DNA of 50,294 nt, filler included, from Circinaria calcarea (Eukaryota), in NCBI GenBank assembly GCA_051942165.1. It is 2 parts of 2 records of this genome, joined end to end, with 100 filler letters (N's around TTAATTAATTAA, not from the genome) between each part and the next. Parts side by side here need not be neighbours in the genome. Positions count along the whole stretch, not along the records: positions 1 to 25,113 come from JAVECS010000096.1; positions 25,214 to 50,294 come from JAVECS010000097.1. One strand, written 5' to 3'. The notes below the pieces were generated by a model. It made no database searches, was not told where the DNA came from, and was given only the letters and a program-made list of their open reading frames with translations. Of this stretch, positions 22,206 through 31,783 are shown in pieces (the first letter of the stretch is position 1; every line of letters starts with the position of its first letter). Made by a program: the position numbers and the translations under genes.

Positions 22206-23759
22206 CTATATCAGCTTCAAACTAAAACCGCCACCAGTCTCCTCATTCTCCCTCCCAGCGAAAATGCCCCTGAAGTCCGCACCCTCTCCCTCGATTCTCG
22301 GCGCATCCCCACGCTTAGGCGCACTCGGGCTCGCCACTCTCCTCCGCTTCTCCTGACCCGCCTTGGAAGGAAAAGTTGGAAACATGGCCGTACTCTTCGG
22401 TTTGGGGTCCTCTTTGAAATAGGCATGTGTCAGCACTTCAGCGGCTGAAGGCCTTTTGGCTGGGTTGAGGGAGAGTAGGGAGATGAGGAGGGAGGAGCCG
22501 GCGGTGGTGAGGAAGGGGAATTTGGCACGGAGGACTGAGCCGGTGGTTTGATGACTACTATTGTTGGAGGGAAGGCGGAGGGACTTTGCGTTGGGGAGGC
22601 GACGAAAAGAAGGCCAGGAGGTGTCGGTTGGGATCCCGCAGAGCTCGAAGATCTAGAAGGGAAGTCAGGTTTATATAGGGAATAGTGAGGAGGCAGGGAG
22701 AGGGGTAATAGGGGCCAACGGACCTTGGAAAGTTGGTCTACTTCGTTTTTCCCTTGGAGGAGCGGTTCTTTGGTGAGGAGTTCGCCGAATATACAGCCTA
22801 CGCTCCACATGTCTACCTCTGGGCCGTATTTCTCAGCGCCAAGGAGAAGCTCTGGGGCGCGGTACCAAAGAGTCACGACCAGTTGGGTAAGTTTTGGTGG
22901 CGGGTCACCGTAATATCTGGCCATGCCAAAGTCGGCGATTTTCATTTGCCCTCTGTTGTTCATAAGGAGATTGGAAGTCTTCAGATCGCGATGCAGTATC
23001 CAGTTGCTGTGCAGGTGTTCCACTGCGGATGTGAGTTGGAGGAGGAGGGTTTTGATTTCCGAGGGGAGAAAGGGTTCCGCCATATCTTCTTGCAGGGTCT
23101 TGAGGTCGTGCTCGAGGAAGTCCATGACGAGGAAGACGCTGGTCTTGAAGTTCAGCTGGCTGGACTGGACCTGGGTGGGATGGGGAGAAGGGAACTTACT
23201 CGCTCATGCTGTCACCCATGACTACCTCCCTAAGATTTACGATATTGACGTGCCGTGACTCCATCAACGTCTGGATTTCCCGGAGACCGGTGACGGGGAA
23301 TCCGTCGTTGGAATTGTCCATTTTCAGCTTTTTCAAGGCGACTATCTCCCCCGTAGCTGTTTCCTTTGCTCTTGATACCCACCCATAGGATCCCTCCTCG
23401 ATGTGATTTAGCTTCTCGAAGTTGTCGACATGTCGACATGGTCCCCATTCTGCAGCGGGAAACCGTAGGAGCTTGATCGGTATCTCCGTCTCTGTTTCAT
23501 CTGCCGGTTGGGGAGACAGTCGCCTTCGTTTCGTAGGGCGCTCAGGGTCATCTGGGACATTGCCCGCACCATGTCCGTTGTAGTTCAAATCTGCATTGGC
23601 ATCATTGAGGGCTTGCTGTTGCGAGCGTTCGGCCAGTTCGAGCTTGCGCTGCTTCTCTGCCTTGACCCGCTTTTTCTCTTCCCTTTCCCGCTTGCGCTGT
23701 GCGTCAATGGCGGCATCCTCCTCGTTATCTGCCCATCTTGATTTTGCTTTCGTTGCCAT
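22206..23759 (-). CDS. cdk11: CDK11/PITSLRE-type cyclin-dependent kinase (NpkA/Ppk23-like)
   Basis: IEEGSYGWV, VALKKLKM, GFPVTGLREI, HRDLKTSNLL, DFGMAR, VVTLWYRAPE, MFPTFPSKAG; introns 23139-23199 and 22653-22723. Confidence 0.93.
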
Positions 23760-23949
23760 GGTTTATATGTGTGTTGTGAAGGCAGTAGTAGTTGGTGGGC
23801 TTAACCAGTTAACTCTTAGACAGGTACATCAACCTTAGTTTTGTTCACTGCGTCTCGAACTGAAGAACATCATATTCATGCCGATTAGGTCTCCAGATTC
23901 GATATGGGATGAATCTTTCTCTCACGAGGTCCTCATTTGATTTTAGAGA

Positions 23950-25040
23950 ATGTTCGGTGCTGCCCCTCAACTGTCCCGTTCACTACGGTTGATTGCGGGC
24001 AAAAGTGATCGATGGAGATGTTCTCCAACGCGTTTTCGACCTTCCTCGACTTCATCAACATCAACACGGCAATGGTCAACACCACTTGCCAAGAACCTCG
24101 CTGAGGCAATCAACGTGAGTATTGGATGCCTCAACTAGGCATGATACTGAGTAGTAGTTATAGACTACCGGTCCCATCTCAATCGCGACGTATATGCGAC
24201 AATGCCTTACCTCTCCCGACGCAGGTTACTACACATCCCAGACCCCCGGGAGAGATCAATTCGGTCAGAAGGGCGACTTTGTCACATCTCCTGAAATATC
24301 TCAGATCTTCGGAGAGCTCCTGGGGATATGGATGGTGACGGAATGGATGGCGCAGGGGAAGAAGAGCAGCGGAGTAGAAATCATAGAGGTCGGCCCTGGA
24401 AGAGGGACGTTGATGGATGATATATTGCGGGTATGGTAGGGACTCAGAATTATTCGCCATTACGGCAGAGCTGAGGACCATAGACCATTAGCAACTTCAA
24501 GCCATTGGCAGCCAGCATCGAATCCGTCTACCTTGTGGAAGCCAGCCCGGCACTTCGAGAAACTCAGAAGATGCTCCTCTGCGGCGATGCACCCCTGGAG
24601 GAGTTTGAGCATGGCTACAAAAGCCGCAGCAAGTACGCCAACCTACCAGTAACATGGTACGAACAGATCCGATTTGTCCCAAACGGTATGATTTTCCATC
24701 CGCTGTACCTCTAAACTCCAACTTATCCCTAACCAACAGACCCATCCAAAACCCCCTTCATCTTTGCGCACGAATTCTTTGACGCCCTCCCCATCCACGC
24801 CTTCCAGTCAGTCGCACCGTCCCCCAACGCACCTACACCTACACCGACAACCCTTCCCGGCCTTAATGGCTCCATCACAATCACCAACCCCACACCTCCG
24901 TCGCAAACCCCCCAATGGCGCGAACTAGTTGTCACGCCCACCCCTTCCCCCTCCAATACCACCTCCACCACCACCTCAACTTCCTCCCAAGAAGAAAAAC
25001 CCCAAGAACCCATTCCGGACTTCCAACTCTCCCTCTCCCA
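23950..25040 (+). CDS. NDUFAF7: Mitochondrial protein arginine methyltransferase NDUFAF7/MidA, 3'-truncated by artifact and gap
   Basis: [74 protein letters not shown]; three introns. Confidence 0.92.
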
Positions 25041-25113
25041 GGGCCGACCTCTATGCTTTCTACTCCGCTGCTCTTCTTCCCCTGCGCCATCCATTCCGTC
25101 ACCATCCATATCC
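25030..25113. repeat. 84-bp inverted copy of 24324-24407 at the contig end (probable fold-back/chimeric assembly artifact)
   Basis: Reverse complement matches 24324-24407 with 2 mismatches and runs directly into the N gap. Confidence 0.85.
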
Positions 25114-25213
25114 NNNNNNNNNNNNNNNNNNNNNNNNNNNNNNNNNNNNNNNNNNNNTTAATTAATTAANNNNNNNNNNNNNNNNNNNNNNNNNNNNNNN
25201 NNNNNNNNNNNNN
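25114..25213. other. Assembly gap containing an artificial TTAATTAATTAA linker (25158-25169)
   Basis: 44 N + TTAATTAATTAA + 44 N = 100 nt; the linker puts stops in all six frames. Confidence 0.95.
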
Positions 25214-25278
25214 TTGCCTTCGTTGCTGCGACTTCCACCCCGTGGCACTTCATGTGGTGACAGCAATTGAACCTGCAG

Positions 25279-26607
25279 GAGAAGCGATATCGTTCGATGC
25301 AGGAGCACATCCGAAGAGCTCATGCTCAACATTACATTCCGAAGCTTCCGGCCACCGAGGAGAGCTTTCAGCTCATGGTCAACACACCACCTTCAGCCCG
25401 TCCACCACCCCCGCCAATAGAGGCATTTGGAAACAATGGTAGGAGTAAATGGCACCGTAATACCCCGTCACTGACTCCGCCAGTCTACGGCCACGACAGA
25501 AGTACTCCGCAAAGGGACTATAGCTCGCCAGCTCCGCCGAGAAGCTTGGAAGATGCCTACCCAGCGGCTGCCACCGCTGCGGTTGCTTTAGCACAGCTAC
25601 ACAGCAGTCATCGGCCGGACTCTGACTGGGGGTCTGAAGTAGTCAGTTCACTTGAAGCACGCTTTGCTTTATTTCCTTTGATCTTCTGACTCGAGTGCAT
25701 GGCCAGGACCATCTGTCTGAAACTGAAAGTGGGCGCCCAGGTAAACGTTCGTCACTCGAGTTACCGCCATTGCAAAATAACTTTCAGCCACACCCTGTCC
25801 CGCCATACCAAGCACCACGCCCTCGAGAGCTCCTTCCATCCATACTGGCACGGTCTCCACCAGGGAGGTCCTCAACTCTGCCTCCATTACAAAGAGCTAG
25901 ACCGCGAAAGTCATCGATCACACAGAATGCCCGTAGACCTAAACACGAGAGGACCACATCAAAGGAGCACGCAAGGAGGATGAGTATCGAAGGACGGAAA
26001 GCCTTCTCTGCCGAGCCCCAAAGTGCTGTGGCCATGGGCAAGAGATGGGAAGATCTAATCGAAGCCGCAACATCAGCCACCGAAGCCGATTCGGATAGGG
26101 ACTTGACACCCGTAGGTCTTACTTCCAAGCACTCGATCATTTTCTATCATCAGGAAGAGATCATTGACAACTTCATAGATGCCTCATTCCCCTACTTATA
26201 ACAAACGAGCCTCCCTTCCTCCCTTCTCCTCCGCAATCTCCCACTACGACGCTTACAAAGCCTCTCCCCTCCAGCATGCTCTCACCCCCCCGCCCCCTGA
26301 CCCCGAGCCCTTCCCATCCGTCGAATCATCTCTTGACTCGGGCTCAGGACACAACTTCCATATCCGGTCTTCGGGCCTATCCAATTCTGATTCAAGTCCT
26401 ACCTTTTCACATCCTGTGCAGATATACTGCGCATGCTGTCGGAGGTTGAGTGTGCTGCGGGATAGCTATGCATGTACCGAGTGCATTAGCGGATTCTGTG
26501 CCGATTGCGTGTATACGCTCAGCAGTGAGGGGAATAGAGGTAGGCCGTGTCCGCGGTGCGGGATCGGCGGAAGGAGCTACAAGCCTTTCCAGTTGGATTT
26601 CAGATGA
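25279..26607 (+). CDS. Conserved fungal Zn-finger regulator, RfeD-like; 5' end lost in gap
   Basis: EKRYRSMQEHIRRAH..IPKLPATEESFQLM (second half of a C2H2-like finger), KRWEDLIEAA, C-terminal CACC..CTEC..CADC..CPRC; introns near 25439-25483, 25642-25705, 26112-26178. Family name from memory. Confidence 0.75.
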
Positions 26608-27463
26608 CTAGGCCTGATGAACTCAGAAGGAGCCCAACGTTGTAGGCTGAGAAGAAGCTTCTTGCTTGTGGGGCAAAAGGAGAAGATACGCAGAAGCTCG
26701 CTTACCAAGAGGAACTGCCCTAACACTCGAGATCACAGGAGCTTTGATGCTCATAAGGTCATCAGATCTAGGATCGTGGCCGAACGAGTGACTACATTCA
26801 GTCAAGTTCCGGTGTCGCTACGATGGGAACGCATACAAGAGGGCTATCTCGGCCCAGTTTCGCGAAATGTGAAGTTGTGGGGATGGAAGCATACTCAGGA
26901 GTTAGGAAAGCGCAGAGCGATTTGTTGATTGGGAGTATCTCATCCGGGACGGAGTCTTCGAGGGGATCTGAAGATACTACGGGAGCGTTGTGAGATGTTT
27001 TTGGAAATCGTAGAACGGGCATCCAAAGCATCGGGCCGCTTCCTAGGGCAATTGTCCGTCGTTTGTCCGAATCACGGGATCTTGATGTCGAGCGCTAGGC
27101 TAGGGAAGGGGGCATTACATACTGCGAGATAAAGCTATAACATATGAATGGCAGAAAGAGCATTGCTAGATCGCATTTGCGACGAGAAAACACTTTTCCA
27201 TGCAAGGTTTCTTTGACTTGTGCTGCTCGCTGCGTCTTTCTTGTATACTGCGTCATATGATCGTCTCCTATGTTTACCATGATACCCTCATAATGCTGTA
27301 CATGATTCCCAAGTACCATCCTCAGCCCAACCCAGCAATCGACTTCCCATTCCCAAATTTCATCCACAACCCTCTTTCCATCTCTTCCATCTCTTCCTCA
27401 CTCTCGAGACCCTCCACTCCCGCTCCCCTGCTCCCGCTGTCTCTTCAATTGAACTTCCCTAAT

Positions 27464-29104
27464 CTAATCCCCCATGCCGTAACTCCTCACGCGACTCCAG
27501 AAAAAGGCCCGATCGTTCTTTAAGCCAAACTCGGCCCAGTCGTCCGTCAGCCGGTTATAGCTCCAGAACCCGCGCCACACCAGCTTGTTGTTCTTGGTCG
27601 CGCCGGGGCTCTTGCTGCCGGAGCGGAGGGCCAGCTGCATCGAGTACAGGTACTTGGGATCCACGCCTTCGGTTTCGATGGAGAGGTTGCCTTCGGGTTC
27701 GACGTTGCCCGTCGAGTCCGGGGGGAAGGGAGGAGGAGGAGAGAGTTTCCAGCGGCCTCGGAGGGCGTTCCGCATGACGGCGCTGGGGAGAGCGCTGCTG
27801 ATGCCGTGGCGGCCGTGCATGTGTTCTCTGGTGAGGTAGTGGACCACGTCGACGGGCTCGGTGGTGGTGAGCAGGGAAACACAGGTGCCGTCGCGGAAGA
27901 ATCGCAGGTAGCGGTAGTAGGTTACGATGTGGACAGGGGTGTTCCAGGAGACCTGGGAGGGGGTGGAGGCGCCGGGACGGATGTAGTTTACCGTGCTGAT
28001 ATAGCAGCCATTGAAGCGGAGGCGGGGGCGGGAGCGGAACATGTGGGCGTAGGTTGGGTAGGTAGGGGAAAGGGAGAATAGGGAGGCTGATGGCACTTCC
28101 GGAGGAGATGGAGGAGGTTCAAGGGTGGAGGTGAGGTCTGGTTCGGATAGATGGTCTAAAGGGTCGTCGAGCTCTGGAGGTATTGGGATGCCTTCAATGG
28201 TACATGCGTAATTGTAGTGCATTGCTGGGAAGCCATGTTCTTTTCCCAGGCAGATGCGCCTCCAAATATGATCCTCTGTAGCGACAAGGTAGGCTAGATG
28301 CCTGCAGACCTGAGAAAGGCGGGCGTATGATGCCACATCGAGGATCGCAGTAGCTTGGAGAATTTCAAGTAGGATCTCGGACGGAATGGTTGTTATAGGG
28401 CAAGGAGGCACATGCGCATGATCGATGAGCGGCAAAGCTCCCTGTATAGCAGATGTTGAGAAAGAAGTAATGAGTTGAGATATATTGGATTTCGGGGGCC
28501 CTTCTAGGGAGTGGTGTGCAGGATTGGGCATTGTGACCGGGGCATTGGATGGGTTGAGGTTGGTAGGCTTCGAGGTTAATGAGGATGGCGGGAAATGCTT
28601 ATTCTTATATGTTTTATCGACCCCGGCATCAAGCTACTCCTCTAATCAGTCTATAGTACCTGCTTCTGGAGATACATTGCGTACCTTGTAGGCTTTCCGG
28701 TAATGGCTCAAACTATCCCCTAAGTTGCCCTGATCCTCCTTCTCCACCGCTTTCTCGTAATGCTCCAAAGCTGACCGAGGCTCCCTCGCCTTGCGATTAC
28801 TAGGATGGATGCCTATAGTGTCTTCCCCTAAGCGGCGCGCTTCGTCTTTGTCTTCGAGATCATGGTGCCCTTCTCCGCCCATACTTTCGGATGTTTCTTC
28901 TTCCTTCTCGCTTCCATTGTTTGTAAAACCTCGTGGGGGTGGGGGAGCCACGGCTTTTGATGTGCTACTACCTCTTCTCGCAGGTAGTTGTGTCCTCTTG
29001 GAGTCTTTTTGATGAATTGAAGTGACGCCCCTTGAGCGCGCTGTTACTTCCTCACGCCATTGATTTCGAAATCGCTCTAGTTCGCGCTGGCTGTCTTCCG
29101 CCAT
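27464..29104 (-). CDS. HRT3: F-box protein Hrt3/Pof7/FBXO9 homolog
   Basis: ELERFRNQWREEV, ALEHYEKAVEKEDQGNLGDSLSHYRKAY, F-box IPSEILLEIL, RPRLRFNGCYISTVNYIRPG, HIVTYYRYLRFFRDG; intron 28634-28684. Confidence 0.92.
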
Positions 29105-29430
29105 TTCTGCAGATGTAGGCGCAAGAATAGAGGCGGTTTAAGTATAAGTGGAGTATAGGGTGTAAGTCTTATGCCTGAGACAGTACAATTCTTTGGATGC
29201 CCTAATGTTGTCATAATCTGACTTGTCGCTTAGATTGATCTTATCTTATCTGTGATTCGGGCTATCGGAGTCTTCTCCGCGGCTGGTGAATTTATTAGTT
29301 CCTGGAGAATGTACCTCATACATCATCATAACATTGTGGATGACCGTTGGAGCCCAGGTCGCTGAGAGGCTTCAAGTTAGGTCAACTTCCCGAGTTAGAG
29401 CTATCACAGATTGATATCTGCCGGAACTAA

Positions 29431-30909
29431 ATGTTGGGCTTCGCGTCCGAACCCACGCATTCTGACGAAGAAGAGCTCGCCACTACAAGGCATGGAGAGA
29501 GGGGATACGCAAAAGGACAGAGACACGAAAGATTGCAAGACAGCAGAAATGGAACGGAAACGGTGACAATGAATGATACGAGTGAGCTGCCGCCAGAAAT
29601 GGACATATCCGCCGGCCAGAAAATGCTGTCGGCGGTTTCGGGCAGTTTACTTACCTCCTTTCTGGGTAATTCTAAAACTACAGACTGCAAAGCGGAGATA
29701 AAAATGCTAATGACACATGCAGTAACACCTCTCGACGTGGTTCGAGTACGTCTACAGTCTCAATCAACTCCTTCGCCTCTCTCCACCCTCCGTAGCCTTT
29801 CCAATTCCCCTCTTACCTCCTTCACCAACCTTCCTCCAAACCTAGGCGTCACAGCCTGCTGTCGCGAAGTATTCTGGGTGGACAATAATGCCCAATACTG
29901 CGTGGCATCGTCTTCCTCCCTCAATGCTACCAGCAATCTTGCCCACACCACTCAAACCTCCGCTGCCGACTGCGCTGTCGACGAAACTCGGCGGAAGACG
30001 TTTACCTCCACATTTGATGGTCTCCGCAAGATAGCTCGTTACGAAGGCGTCTCTACATTATGGCGCGGTCTGTCCCCTACCCTTGTGATGGCCATCCCGG
30101 CAAACGTCATCTACTTTACTGGCTACGATTACCTTCGCTCCAGCCCTCATAGCCCGATTAATCATCACATCAACGACGCCTACGCCCCTTTAATTGCCGG
30201 TTCCATTGCCCGTGTTGCAGCAGCTTCTGTTATCAGCCCCATCGAGATGTTCCGCACACGTATGCAAGCAACCTCTGGCCGAGGCACCGGAGTCTTCAAG
30301 GAAACACTACTAGGATTACAGGCATTGGTCAAAGCTCAGGGATACACATCGCTCTGGTGCGGTCTTACTCTCACAATGTGGCGTGACGTGCCATTTAGCG
30401 GGATATACTGGTGGGGCTACGAAGTGACCCGGAACGCCCTCAAAGACGTGCGAGACCAAAGTCGTGGCAGGAGCCTAGACCCGCAATGTAGCCGAACCCG
30501 CTTACGCAGCCGTTCCCAAAGTCAAGAAAACCACACCGCCACATTCGTCGATAGTTTCGCTGCAGGAGCTACCAGCGGTGCCATCGCCTCCCTCGTCACC
30601 ACACCGTTTGACGTCGGCAAAACGCGCCAGCAAGTCCTCAGGCACGATTTGGCGCCCAGCTCTTCTTCCGTCAATTCGAATCGCAGTCGCCCTCTTGGCG
30701 AGCCTCGCCCCGAGCAACGATCCATGCCGCGGTTTCTGTACCACATCTTCCGCACCGAAGGTCTCCCGGGCTTATTTCGGGGCTGGGCGGCGCGGTGTTT
30801 GAAAGTAGCGCCGGCGTGCGCGATTATGATCAGTAGCTATGAGGTTGGGAAGAAGATGGCGAGGGGGGTAAATGAGAGGAAGATGGTGAGGTTGGCGGCG
30901 GAGAGGTGA
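29431..30909 (+). CDS. MTM1: Mitochondrial carrier Mtm1 / SLC25A39-40 family
   Basis: Carrier signatures PLDVVRVRLQ, PIEMFRTRMQ, PFDVGKTR; LWRGLSPTLVMAIPANVIYF, RDVPFSGIYW, KVAPACAIMISSYE; intron 29666-29722. Start could be 29431 or a downstream ATG. Confidence 0.93.
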   Translation: MLGFASEPTHSDEEELATTRHGERGYAKGQRHERLQDSRNGTETVTMNDTSELPPEMDISAGQKMLSAVSGSLLTSFLGNSKTTDCKAEIKMLMTHAVTPLDVVRVRLQSQSTPSPLSTLRSLSNSPLTSFTNLPPNLGVTACCREVFWVDNNAQYCVASSSSLNATSNLAHTTQTSAADCAVDETRRKTFTSTFDGLRKIARYEGVSTLWRGLSPTLVMAIPANVIYFTGYDYLRSSPHSPINHHINDAYAPLIAGSIARVAAASVISPIEMFRTRMQATSGRGTGVFKETLLGLQALVKAQGYTSLWCGLTLTMWRDVPFSGIYWWGYEVTRNALKDVRDQSRGRSLDPQCSRTRLRSRSQSQENHTATFVDSFAAGATSGAIASLVTTPFDVGKTRQQVLRHDLAPSSSSVNSNRSRPLGEPRPEQRSMPRFLYHIFRTEGLPGLFRGWAARCLKVAPACAIMISSYEVGKKMARGVNERKMVRLAAER

Positions 30910-31253
30910 AGGTGATGAGTTGCCCAAAAACTAGAAAGGGAATGGGAAAGTTTCAAGAGAAGGAAAGGAGTGCTGTATCTCTGAACCCTGTATATTAAAA
31001 AGCAGCCAGCCAGCGTTATCCATGTCTGATGCATTATTGGGAGTTTTTTTCATTTTGGTCGAGGCTGGTCGGTCGGTTTCGGTTTCGGTTGCAAGCATGA
31101 GGATGTCTGTCGGGCCTTTTTTCGCCTCGAGCATTCCGAAATTCCAAAAAATATAAAAAGGACTCGGGAAAACGGGGACAGGGGAAGGGGGGCTGTGTAG
31201 AAGAAAGGAACTCGAGTGTACTGTACGATAGAATACTTTAGGTGCCCAAGTAA

Positions 31254-31783
31254 ATGTATGTATGTATGTATGTCATGTCATCTGTCTGCATGATAAGGAA
31301 GGAAGAGGCAGGCACGCAGCAGGAGTGATTGATTGGATTTCTTCTCCTCCCTCCCTGCTCTCTCTCCCTCCCTCCACCCCCCCTTTTTTTTCCACATAAA
31401 ACGAGAAGAGAAGAAGAAGGTACAAGTAACTGTCTATGTCTGCGTCTGCAAATGTCCCTTCCATCCGTACATATGCATACAGGACCGCCATACATACCCA
31501 TATGCACATGAACATGATTCCACCCACCCCTCCCCTCCCCTCCCAAATTTCGCTCAGGGGAGCCAAGACGACCAAAAACCACCACGGAATCAGATCCCTT
31601 GCCTTCCCGTCCCGCCATTTCATCCGGATTTTTAAGACTCCAATCGTTTCCGCCGCCGTGCACGCCCTTGTTCATATGATCCAAGAAGACCCTAAATCTC
31701 CTCCCCTTACCGCGAAGATAGAAAGGGCATTCCCTCCCTCCCTCACTCACTCACTCTGTCGCATCACTCACTCACTCACTCAC
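31254..31783. repeat. Microsatellite and low-complexity tract between convergent 3' ends: (ATGT)5, C/T tracts, (TCAC)3 and (TCAC)5
   Basis: (ATGT)5 at 31254-31273; (TCAC)n at 31743-31754 and 31764-31783. Confidence 0.8.

Noticed and set aside
24729..25169. ORFs running into the gap that repeat the peptide [18 protein letters not shown]
   Set aside because: They are products of the inverted artifact and N run, not a duplicated gene.
25158..25169. TTAATTAATTAA palindrome as a regulatory or recombination site
   Set aside because: It is centred in an N gap and is a six-frame-stop linker added during assembly.
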